This document shows positions 49,437 through 61,056 of a stretch of 64,000 bases of DNA, piece after piece. Source of the DNA: Somniosus microcephalus (taxonomy: Eukaryota); NCBI GenBank assembly GCA_052327205.1, contig CM126203.1, positions 332,444,001 to 332,508,000 of the forward strand, in the 5' to 3' direction. The notes under the pieces were generated by a model. The model did no database searches, was not told the origin of the DNA, and saw only the letters and a list, made by a program, of their open reading frames with translations. Position numbers and translations under genes: made by a program. Numbering within the stretch: position 1 is the stretch's first letter; each line of letters begins with the position of its first letter.

Positions 49437-51075
49437 TTACATAGAAACATAGAAGATGGGAGCAGGAGTATGCGATTCGGCCCCTCGAGCCTGTTCCGCC
49501 ATTTAATGAGATCATGGCTGATCATCCAAATTCAGTACCCTGTCCCTGCTTTCTCCCCATATCCCTTGATCCTTTTAGCCTTAAGAAATATATCTAACTC
49601 CTTCTTGAATATATTTAATGAATTGGCCTCAACTGCCTTTTGTGGTAGAGAATTCCACAGGTTCACCACTCTCTGGGTGAAGAAATTCCTCCTCACCCCT
49701 TATCCTTAGACTGTGACCCCTGGTTCTGGACTCCCCCGCCATCGGGAACAGCCTTCCTGCATCTAGTCTGTCTAGTCCTGTTAGAATTTTATAAGTTTCA
49801 ATGAGATCCCCTCTCATTCTTCTAAACTCTAGCGAATATAAGCCTAATTGACCCAATCTCTCTTCATTTGTCATTCTTGCCATCCCAGGTATCAGTCTGG
49901 TGAATCTTCGCTGCACTCCCTCCATGGCAAGAACATCCCCCCCCCCCCTCAGATAAGGCGACCAAAACTGCACACAATACTCAAGGTGTGGTCTCACCAA
50001 GGCCCTGTACAACTGCAGCTAGACATCCTTGCTCCTGTACTCGAATCCTCTTGCTATGAAGGCCAACATACCATTTGCCTTCTTAACCGCCTGCTGCACC
50101 TGCATGCTTACCTTCAGCGACTGGTGCACAAGGACACCCAGGTCTCGTTGCACTTCCCCTTTTCCCAATCTGTTGCCATTCAGATAATCTGTCCCTGTTT
50201 TTGCCACCAAAATGGATAACCTCGCATTTATCCACATTGGGCAGATGCATGGCAGATGCAGTATAATCACCCAACCTGTGCAAATCATACTGAAGTTTCT
50301 CTGCATCTTCCTCACAGCACACACGCCCACCCAGCTTTGTGTCGTCTGCAAACTTGGAGATATTACATCTAGTTCCCTCGTCTAGATCATTAATATATAT
50401 TGTGAATAGCTCTGGTCCTAGCACCGATCCCTGCGGTACCCCACTAGTCACTGTCTGGCACTCGGAAAAAGACCCATTTATTCCAACTCTTTGCTTCCTG
50501 TCTGCCAACCAGTTCGCTATCCAAGTCAGTACCTTACCCCCAATTCCATGTGCTTTAACTTTGCACGCCAATCTCTTATGCGGGACCTAATCTCTTATGC
50601 GGGACCTTATCGAAAGCCTTCTGAAAGTCCAAATACACCACATCCACTGGTTCTCCTTTATCTGTTTTACCAGTTACATCCTCAAAATTCCAGTAGATTA
50701 GTCGAGCATGATTTACCTTTTGTAAATCCATGTTGACTTTGTCCGATCCTGTCGCTGTTTTCCAAGTGCTCTGCTATTACATCTTTTATAACGGACTCTA
50801 GCATTTTCCCCACTACCGATGTCAAGCTTATCAGTCTATAATTCCCCGTTTTCTCTCTACCACCTTTTTTAAATAGTGGGGTTACATTACCTCCAATCCA
50901 TGGGAACTATTCCAGAGTCTATAGAATTTTGGAAGATGACCAGCAATGCATCTACTATTTCTAGGGCCGCTTCCTTAAGTACCCTAGGATGTAGATTATC
51001 AGGCCCTGGGGATTTATCTGCCTTCAATCCCATCAATTTCCCTAACACCATTTCCCTACAAATACTGATTTCATT

Positions 51076-54000
51076 CAATTCAAATCAAATCAAATCAAAT
51101 CGAATCAACTTTTATTGTCATTGTTAGTGCACAAGTGCAGTACAACGAAATGTAGGCTTGCGGCTCCCGAGAGTGTACATTTGGATTAAGACATTTAAAC
51201 ATTCAACATACATTTGGCTTGTAATACATTAACATAAACATAACCATAATAAAGTGCATTGGCAGATGTGCAGGCTTTAGAGTTTATTTGTGGCGTTCAG
51301 TAGGATGACAGCCCTGGGAAAGAAGCTGTTCCTAAATCTGGTCGTACGGGTGCGAATGCATCTGTAGCGTCTCCCAGATGGCAGGAGGGCGAACAGACTG
51401 TGGCTGGGGTGGGTAGGGTCTTTGATGATGGACCGTGACCTCCGTAAACAGCGTTTCTGGTATATGTGCTCTATGGTCGGTAGCCGGGTGCCGGTAATGC
51501 GTTGGGCAGTTTTGACTACCCGCTGCAGGGCTTTCCGGTCATAGTAGCTACAGCTGCCATACCATACTGTGATACAGTTTGTCAGGATGCTCTCTATTGT
51601 GCAGCGGTAAAAGTTAGAGAGGATCAGGGGTGACAGGTTACATCCCTTCAGCCTCCTTAGGAAATATAGGCGCTGCTGGGCCTTCTTCACCAGAGAGGAG
51701 GTATTGAGGGACCAGGAGAGGTCTTCCGTGATGTGGACTCCGAGGAACTTAAAGCTGTCCACCCTTTCCACCACAGCCCCATTGATGTGGATGGGGGTGT
51801 GACTTCAGCCTTTAGACTTCCTGAAGTCCACAATGATTTCTTTGGTGTTCTTGATGTTAAGGGCCAGGTTGTTGTCGGCGCACCACTTCACGAGATGCTG
51901 GACCTCCTCCCTGTAGGCTGACTCATCGTTGTTGGTGATCTGGCCTACTACCGTGGTATCATCCGCAAACTTGATGATGGTGTTGGAACCATGAACAGCC
52001 ACACGGTCGTGGGTGAAGAGGGAGTAGAGGAGGGGGCTCAGCACACATCCTTGTGGGGCCCCCGTGTTCAGGGTCGGGGGGGGGGGGTGGAGGTGTGGTT
52101 ACCTAATTTGACAGACTGGGGTCTGTTTGTTAGGAAGTCCAGGGTCCAGTTGCAGAGGGAAGTGTTCAGGCCAAGAGTTTGGAGTTTGGTGGCCAGCTTG
52201 TTGGGGACGATAGTGTTGAATGCTGAGCTGTAGTCTATGAACAGCATTCTGATGTAGGTCTCCTTACCATCTAAGTGATTCAGTGCCGAGTGTAGAGCAG
52301 TTGTGATTGCATCCTCCGTTGATCTGTTTGCACGATAGGCAAACTGGTGTTGGTCAAGAGAGGCGGGAACACTGGCTTTGATGTGAGCCAGGACCAGAGT
52401 CTCTCAACACTTCATTATGATGGGTGTGAGTGCGACAGGTCGATAGTCGTTCAGGCACGTCACAGCCGTTTGTTTTGGCACAGGAATAATGGTAGCGGTC
52501 TTGAAGCATGTAGGGACTACTGCCTGGGCCAATGACAGATTGAAGATGGCGGTGAAGACATCAGCCAGCTGATCACATTCCTTGAGTACCCGTCCAGGGA
52601 TGCTATCCGGTCCAGCAGCCTTTCGTGTGTTCACTCCGCGTAGAACACCCCTTACGTCGGAGGTCGACAGAGTGAGCACCTGGTCTTCCGGGGGTGGCAA
52701 GGCTTTGGTAGCCGGCTCCCTGTTGTCCCTGTCGAAGCGAGAGTAGAAGTTGTTAAGCTCCTCCGGAAGGGAGGCATCGCTAACCGGGGGACTGGTGTTT
52801 TTGCCCTTGTAGTCAGTGATGGACTGGATGCCTTGCCACATGCGCCGGGGGTCCGAGTTGTTGTGGAAATGATCCTCTATCCGCAGTGTCTGTTTCCTTT
52901 TGGCAGTCCTGATACCCTTTTTTAGGTTGGTCCTAGCTGCACTGTAAGCCGCCGCGTCGCCAGATTTAAATGCTGCGTCGCGTGCTTTCAACAGTGAGCA
53001 GACCTCTCTGTTCATCCAAGGTTTCTGGTTGGGGTATGTCCTGATATTTTTATGGGTCGTGACGACCTCGACGCAGCTGTTAATGTAGAATAGCACTGTG
53101 GATGCGTATTCCTCGATGTCATTATGGGCAAACATGCCCCAATCAGTGCGTTCGAAGCAATCCTGAAGCTCCGATACTGCCCCCTCTGGCCATACTTTCA
53201 CTGCTCTCACTGATGTTCTCCCTCTTTTGATGAGCGGTTTGTATGCCGGGGCTAGAAACAGGGAGAGGTGGTCAGACTTCCCAAGGTGGAGGCAGGGAAT
53301 TGCCTTATAAGCGTCTACAATGCTCGTGTAGACTTGATCCAGTGTGTTCTCCCCTCTTGTGGGGCAGGAAACATTCTGGTGGAATTTCGGTAGTACAGTT
53401 TTTAGGTTTATGTGATTGAAGTCCCCCGCGACGATAAAAGCTCCGTCTGGGTGCGCAGTTTGTTGTTCGCTGATGGCCCTGTAGAGGTCCTTCAGTGCTA
53501 GTTTGGCATTAGCATGTGGTGGGATGTAGACCGCAGTGATAATAACAGCCGTGAATTCCCGAGGCAGGTAGAAGGGTCTGCACCTTACCATGAGGAATTC
53601 CAAATCAGCCGAGCAGGATCTATCGATTATGTCCGTGTTAGTGCACCAGGCATTGTTAGTGTAAATGCACAAACCGCCTCCCTTGCTCTTATCGGAGTCT
53701 GCAGTTCTGTCGGCGCGGAAGACCGTGCGTCCGTCTAGTTGGATGGTGGTGTCAGAGATGCCGTTGTTCAACCAGGTCTCTCTGAAGATCATGGTGCAGC
53801 ATTCCTTTGTCCTTTTCTGTGAGGAGTGATCAAGTTTGATCTCATCCATTTTGTTTTCTAGTGACCTCTGACGTTGGCCAGGAAAATACTTGGGAGGGAG
53901 GGTTTGTGTGGGGCCCTCTTCAGCCTGATTTGGATACCGGCCCTCTTACCCCGCTTCTGCTTGCGTTCCCTGCACGGTCTGCGCCGACCTCCGGCTGGGG

Positions 54001-54240
54001 AAGGACGCCACGCTGGTCCCGGGGGTCAGGCGATGTTGGGAGGCAGATCGATGTTGCCGAGTGTCAGCCGCACGCAGTCGGCCCCGATGTCTAGGAGCGT
54101 CTGCCGGCTGTATGGTAGGTCTACCCTCAATTCCCGTATCAGCAGAGTCCAGAAGAGACTCAGAAGGAGGGTGAAAATGCTCAGTCTCAGGAGAGACAAA
54201 GCCGCTGCGTCCGTGCGCGCCGCCATTTTGTGGACTGAGC
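51076..54240 (-). mobile_element. Rex1/Babar-type LINE, apparently full length with a few frameshifts
   Basis: APE: ETWL, RADRT, GGGLCIY, CRPFYLPREF, AVYIPP, AGDFN, GKSDH. RT: AAGPDSIPG, YRPVALTPIIMKC, LSPLLYSLFTHD, KFADD, FYRCTIESIL. (ATTTG)n tail at 51077-51100. Confidence 0.88.
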
Positions 54241-55391
54241 ATCCTCCCTCTCATTAGACCCTATGTTCCCCGACATCTCTGGGAGGCTATTTGTGTCGTC
54301 CTTTGTGAAGACAGAACCAAAGTATGTATTTAATTGGTCAGCCATTTCTTTGTTCCCCATTATAAATTCCCCTGATTCTGACTGCAAGGGACCTACGCTT
54401 GACTTCACCAATCTTTTTCTCTTCACATATCTATAGAAGCTTTTGCAGTCAGTTTTTATGTTTCTCTGCAAGCTAACTCTCATTCTATTTTCCCCCTCTT
54501 AATTAATCCCTTTGTCCTCTTTTGCTGAATCCTAAACTGCTCCAATCCTCAGTTTTGCTGCTTTTTCTGGCCAATTTCTATGTCCTCTCCTTGCTATCCC
54601 TAATTTCCCTTGTTCGCCACGGTTGAGCACCTTTTTTGTTTTATTTTTATGCCAAACAGGGATGAACAAATTCTGTAGTTCATGCGATCTTTAAATGTTT
54701 GCCATTGCCTATCCACTGTCAACCCTTTAAGTAACGTTCCGCAATCCATCCTAGCCAACTCGCGCCTCATACCATCGTAGTTTCCTTTATTTAAATTCAG
54801 GACCCTAGTCTCTGAGTCAACTACTTCACTCGCCATCTTAATGTAGAATTCTACATATTATGATCGCTCCTCCCCAAGGGGCCTCACAGAACAAGATTGC
54901 TAATTAATCCTTTCTCATTACATAATACCCAGTCTAAGATGGCCTGATCTCTAGTTGGTTCCTCGACATATTGGTCCAGGAAACCATCCCGTATACACTC
55001 TAGGAATTTCTCCTCCACAGTATTGTTACTAATTTGGTTAGCCCAATCTATATGTCGATTAAAGTCACCCATGATAACTGCTGTGCCCTTATTGCACCCG
55101 TCTCTAATTTCCCATTTAATGCCATCCCCAACCTCAGCATTACTGTTTGGGGGTCTGTATACAACTCCCATCTAACGTTTTCTGCCCCATGGTATTTCTC
55201 AGCTCTACCCATACAGATTCATCAGAGCTAATATCCTTCCTTACTATTGTGTTAATCTCCTCTTTAACCAGCAATGCTACCCCACCTCCTTTTCCCTTTT
55301 GCCTGTCCGTCCTGAATGTTGAATTCCCAGCCTTGGTCACCCTGGAGCCATGTCTCCGTAATTCCAATTACATCATATCCGTTTACGTCTA

Positions 55392-55716
55392 CAGGAAACT
55401 TTGGTTTATCCGGAGGTTAACTGTTCCGAATGCTCGAGCCACCGGCAAAAATCAGGAGCCGTTTTGTTAGTTTTTTTTTCTTTTTGTTGCTTTTTTTTCA
55501 CCAGTCAGGCTCTGCAAGGTCTCGCTGAAGCTGTTGCTAAGCTACAGAGATGCTGGCAAGGTACGGCTGACTGTTTAGAAAAAGCAACAGGGTTTGTTGC
55601 CAGATACGAAGCTCAAAATCTCCGTATGTTTCAACATTAGCGTTGTTTTGACTGGCAGTTTTGATGGGACGGCAACAGCTTGGTCCCGTCGGTGCCGGAT
55701 AGCACAAAGTTTCCTG
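55392..55716. mobile_element. CAGGAAACT-family MITE (325 bp), inverted copy of 28417-28741
   Basis: TA|CAGGAAACTTTG...CAAAGTTTCCTG|TA. Confidence 0.9.
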
Positions 55717-56690
55717 TATTTGCGCAGCTAATTCATCCACCTTATTACGAATGCTCCTTGCATTAAGACACAAAGCCTTCACTCTCTGCTTTCTGTTTGT
55801 TAGCCAATTCTCTATCCATGCTAATATATTACCCCAACTCCGTGAGCTCTTACCTTATGCAGTAATCTTTTATGTGGCACCTTATCGAATACCTTCTGGA
55901 AATCCAAATACACCACATCCGCTGGAAGAATGAGAGGTGATCTTATTGAAATGTATAAGATTCTGAGGGGGCTTGACCGGGTAGATGCAGAGAGGATGTT
56001 TCCCCTTGTGGGGGAATCTAGAACTAGGGGGCATAGTTTCAGAATAAGGGGTCACCCATTTAAAACAGAGATGAGGAGGAATTTCTTCTCTGAGGGTCAT
56101 GAATCTTTGGAATTCTCTACCCCAGAGAGTTGTGGAGGCTGGATTGTTGAATATATTTATGGTGGAGATACAGATTTTTGAACGATAAGGGAGTCGAGGG
56201 TTATGGGGGGAGCGGGTAGGAAAGTGGAGTTGAGGCCAAGATCAGATCCGCCATGATCTTGTCGAATGGCGGAGCAGGCTCAAGGGGCCAAATGTCCTAC
56301 TCCTCCTGTTTCTTATGTTCTTATGCTGCTAGACTTGTATGAGGGAAAGCACAAAAGAGAAAATAACCAAATTGCATTATAGTACATGAATACAATGAAT
56401 CAGTCACAAAACATCAGGTTTAGAATTATACTGGAATAATTTGTTTTCTGGGATTCTAGTGTAATTACTCTTGTGACTTTTTCCTGTTTTATTGCTTATT
56501 TAAAGATCTCCAAAGCTGCTTTTGTATTCAATTTAGGGAGTTGCTAGGGTTCTGATACAGTATCAGCTACCCAAAGGAAAATCGTAAAATCAAATTATTT
56601 TATTTGTGTACAGCAAAAGAAATAACATGGTAGTAAGACAACAAATAAGAAAAATTGATAATTCTGATGACAACGGGACATCGATATTAC

Positions 56691-59600
56691 GGGCTCGATT
56701 TTGCCAGGCACGAGGAGACGAGTTTGGAGGCGTGTGAGGTGGTAAAATCGCAAAATATGGTGTGCGGGCCAGATCCCGCCTCCATCCTGCCTCCGAGCAA
56801 TTTTCCCAGAATCGGGGTTTCAGACCCCATTTCCATCCTGCCTCCCAGAGGTGGGATAGGCCCTTAAGGCCCTTAACAACCACTTAATTGCCTCTAGAAT
56901 CCAATTTTGAGCGGCCTTTCTGATTTTTAGACATTTTCCCCATCCTACACGCCTCCTCTGGAACACGCCAGGTTATCCTGGCGGCCTCACAAATGGATTG
57001 CTTACTAACAGCTGCAGCTCCACCATTAAAGAGGAGTTTTCACCAATGATCATTTGCAGGTGGCAGAATTTTGTTGTCTCCGGTCTGGGGGAACTTTTAG
57101 TGGCCTACTCATTGCTGTGGAAGTTTGGAGCCTGAGACCCATCTCCAGTGTGACCTCCTGGGAAACCCCTCTCCCCACCTTGACTGAGCGCTTCCTCAAC
57201 TGAGGCATATAGCAGAAGCATGGGAACCATTTATTTCCTTTCCTCCTGGACATCAGATTCGGACGAAGACCAGCTGCGGCAGCAGCAGAACCCTGAACAA
57301 CAACAACAACAGCAGGAGCAGCAACAGGAGCGCCAAGCTGTTGCTCACCCACCTGAAGCTGCACAGGCTAGAAGGCGCCAGCGCGCAACCACATTGCTGC
57401 CCGGGATGCAAGGGACACACTCATGTTGGCCAGATTTGTTTAGCCTGCACAATCAAAACACTTTTGTCTCGCACCTTCTTACCAGACAATGGACAAGAAC
57501 CTGTGGATTCCTATTACTCTGACCACCATACTGACAATTGCAAGTCACCCTAAGCCCTCAATGTGAAAGTCCCATTTGCGAAATGACACAGGCCACAACT
57601 TCAACAGTTTGCCATCAAATCTGTTTATGATACCATGACAAGAATGGCTGGTCCAAATACAATACTTCACAGCACCCAAATGACTACCCTTGTGACTACT
57701 TGTGCTTTATCTTCCTCTTACACGTGCTCCGACGTGGTGCTTCCCCTGTGGCTTCAGCAGGTGTGGAGGCCCTTTTGCTCACTTTCTTGCTGCTCCTGTC
57801 TCGACGCCTTTGGCGGGCGTCCTCTGGGGTTGCGAACCTGCGAGGGCTCAGCAACAGCCTGCTGCTCCTGCAGCTGTGCAGGGGCTGAGATACCCATCTC
57901 AGTTGGGTGAGGACTCTGGTGGGGCTCTGACTGAGGGCTTCGCATGGTCGTGTGAGTGCTTGGAGAGGAGCCCCCACTTCTTTGTTGTCTGCCACCAACA
58001 TCCCTCTCATGGGTCAGCCCCATTTCAGAGCTAGCAAGTGGCTTGACAGCACCTTGCTGCACTTCAGGGGGGCCATGAGGACCCGTTTCTGCACTGGAAG
58101 TCCTACTCCAGAGGACTTCCATGAAGGTCTGGTTTGTATGCTCAATAGCTGACCATCGCTCTTCAAGAGATGTCATTCTATTCTGAACAATCACCATGTT
58201 CTCAAGACCCTGGCGACTAAACTCCTCCATGGCCATAGCCATCCTCTCCTCTACGATAGCCAGCCTTACCACGGAGGTAGCCATCGTTTCCACGGTGATG
58301 CGTTCATGCGCCAATGCCTCTACAAAGGCTCTGCTCATGTTTGCGATGGACTTCTCCATTCGCTCCACGCTCGCAGTGACCCTGGAGACAAAACCTGCCA
58401 GAGACTCCTGCACCTGTTCTTGGAGTTCCAACACCGCTCTCCTGGATGGACCTGGAGGCACAGGGTCGACGTGCAGCTGAGCCGAGCTGGCAGAGTCCTG
58501 CGCCCTCCGACGAGCACACTCCACCATCTGCCGATGCTCACCTGTGAGCTGTGAAACACCAGGTGCTAACACTACTCTATCTTACAAAGGTCCCAGCGAG
58601 GTATGAGTGTCTGCGCTGGTGCTGGGTGCGCTGAATTCTGCTGACGCTACACCCTCGGAGGTTGCAGCTTCCTCTGAGGAGTCTTGAAGCTCAGGCTGTT
58701 CCTCCTGGACAGTGGGGACGGGGGCTTTCGATGGTCCTGTGGGGGAGTGAAGGAAAGATTTGGAGATGTGAGGTCAAGGTTACATGCACATTGAATAGTG
58801 CAGGTGATCATAAGTCAATCTGTTAGAGCATCAGAATCATTATCAGTGACTCATGCAATGTCAATGAGAGAGATGCCAAACTGTTCTGTTGCCAGCTTGC
58901 TGTGATGTGCTCGTCTGTCCGTCCCCCACTTGGGAATCGTCCTCAATTCCAGCGATTTCCAGGGCCGCCTCCTCCTGGCGGTGAGCTGGGCTACTGAGGG
59001 TGGCCCTCCTCTTGTCATGGCTCTTTCCCTCTTATTGCGGGCTCTCTTTCCTTGCAATGAGGGACACAAGTGGAGTTTGAATGAGAATGAAGGAGTGAGT
59101 GTAGAGAATGCATAGCAGAGATGCTTTGGAGACAAAGGGCCCTCCCTGTGTGTTGTAAGTTGTTGTTGTATCACAGTGATAGGGAGTGTGAGGGCTACAT
59201 GGTTGAATAGTTAAGTGAATGTGACCACAGAGAGAGAGGGAATGGGTAAGGGTGCAGGGATGTAAGTGTCAAGTGGGATGTGGAGGAAGAAGTTGGCAAA
59301 GCAGAGTGCTGATTAGGAGAGGTGATGGGGATGAGATTGAGGGTGATGGGAAAGTCATACTCACTTTTCCTGTGCGGAGAAGTTCATGAAACCTCTTCCT
59401 GCATTACAGCCAGGTTCTGCGGCTCATCGTTATGGAGTTGACCTCCTGGGCCACTTGCAGTCACGCAGCTTAAATCTGCTGGGGTGGCTTTTTTCTCCCT
59501 GAGGAAGCGAAGAGCACCTCCTTATTTGATCTTGCTCCCTCCAGCAGAGCTTGGAGGGAGGGCTCATCGAAGTGTAGAGCACACTTTTGCCTGCTGGTGG

Positions 59601-59866
59601 ATATAGTCGATCAATGAAGTCCTTACTACAATCACCGTAAAGTTTGCAGTCTCCAGGAGAAGCGAGGCTGCTTGCAAGCCTGAAATCCAGCAGCATTGAT
59701 GACGTCATCGGAGGCGACTTTCTGTATGAAAAGACTCATTGGGTCAGGGGTTCCCACACGCAGGAAATCAATTGCCCAATTCGGGGAAAATCGCTTCGGA
59801 GTCGGGGTCCTGACCTGAATGTCACCTGACGCGCCCCAGCCCACCCACACTGGCAAAATCGAGCCC
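56691..59866. mobile_element. Internally deleted PIF/Harbinger DNA transposon
   Basis: Perfect 17-bp TIR GGGCTCGATTTTGCCAG / CTGGCAAAATCGAGCCC; 3-bp TSD tac/taa; remnants of two convergent genes. Confidence 0.88.
57717..59590 (-). pseudogene. Harbinger Myb/SANT-like DNA-binding protein gene, spliced and decayed
   Basis: FDEPSLQALLEGARSNKEVLF...VAQEVNSITMSRRTWL*CRKRFHELLRTGK|gtgagt; next exon KRARNKRERAMTRGGPP; last exon overlaps ORF 57754..58572 (coiled-coil-like). Confidence 0.8.
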
Positions 59867-60265
59867 TAAGACTCCAGGATCCCTCTTCTGACTCCCTAGG
59901 ACCTAGGGACCTCCGTTTGGAAACTTGTGTCCTAAACAGTAAAATTTCCTTATATAGTCTCTACTGTGGCAAGTATTCATTTTAATGTTCAAATACACAT
60001 CAAGAATATAATTTAAAAGCGAAATCCCCATAAATTTTCTTCTGATCTCTCCTGAAAGTGCCGACTCATGCCTCGGGTGCTGGTACTCCTCTGATAGCTC
60101 TCCCAAGTGGCCATTTATTTGTAAGCCTAGACAGCGCGTGTCGGCATAGTATCTGACCATGAAGAGCACAACAGTGGAGCCCAATCTGGTCATCCCTGAC
60201 AATTGCACATGTGCACTTTCCAGCAGGGATTGCTGGGTTGTGAACGGGCGATTTTGTGAAGTTTG

Positions 60266-61056
60266 GGGGCGATTTTGTTACTGGGGGCGTGATGGAGGCG
60301 GGACTGCTGCTTGTCTGGTCGATGTCCCGCCTCCATCGGTTTGTGGCCAACCCATGCTATTTTCCCTTGATTGACCCAGCGGGCTTAGCAGGCCAATCAA
60401 GAGAAAGCCGGTTGCAGAGCACGTCAACATATGACGTTTCATCTGCCAAAAATTTTTGACAGATGAATCGTTTGACAGCTCTCAGACGGTGACATTCTCT
60501 GCAGTTTGATGAGGTCTTGAATGCAAGACCCCATCAAACTTCTTTCTTTAACAGAATTGAGATGGTTTTTGCATTTGTGAATGCAACGGCCACCTGTCAT
60601 TCCCAACACGGAGGTGCGAGACTCTCTGCATACAAACCGACTGAAGCCTGCAGGAAGAAACAAAGGTAAGTACACTTTTAAAAACACTTTGCACTTACTT
60701 CAGGTACTCACCTCTACACTCTTGCACCCATCACTTACCTTCACGCCACACTTTTGCACCCCCTGACCCCTGCAGACCCAGTACTCACCTCGCTGAGCTG
60801 GCGGTGTTTTGGAGCCTTCGGGAAGCCCGCACTTATGATGGCAAAAAGGGGATAATCCTATTTTCTGCTCGTTAAATACCTGTTAACAGGCAGTTAATAG
60901 GCTTTAATCCCTCCTCGCCTCCAAGGAGACGGGACCCGACGCGGGGCAGCTACCCGCCTCCTAGGCAGATGGCATGGGTGCGGGTTGGGCACCCACCCCC
61001 AAATTCTGCCATTTTCCCCGACAGTCCCGCCTCCCCAGGGCTGGCAAAATCACCCC
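60266..61056. mobile_element. Harbinger-type non-autonomous element, related to 25620-26382 in opposite orientation
   Basis: TIR GGGGCGATTTTG / CAAAATCACCCC; ttg on both flanks; shared internal blocks with the 25.6-kb element. Confidence 0.72.

Larger units (their letters stand above)
49437..55780 (-). mobile_element. CR1 LINE ORF2 region (APE to 3' tail) interrupted by Rex1 and a MITE
   Basis: Tail catagaaacatagaa; minus-strand SGVPQGSVLGP, KFADD, KSPGPDNLHP, VVYRPP, CLNARSIRNK. Confidence 0.88.
46848..56325 (+). mobile_element. CR1 LINE (46848-48790 plus 55921-56325) split by nested insertions
   Basis: APE (YLNARSIRNK, IAITETWL) and RT pieces; breaks at ctggagtttagaa and resumes at gaagaatgagaggtgatc, continuing to tail cttatgttcttatg. 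Confidence 0.85.
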
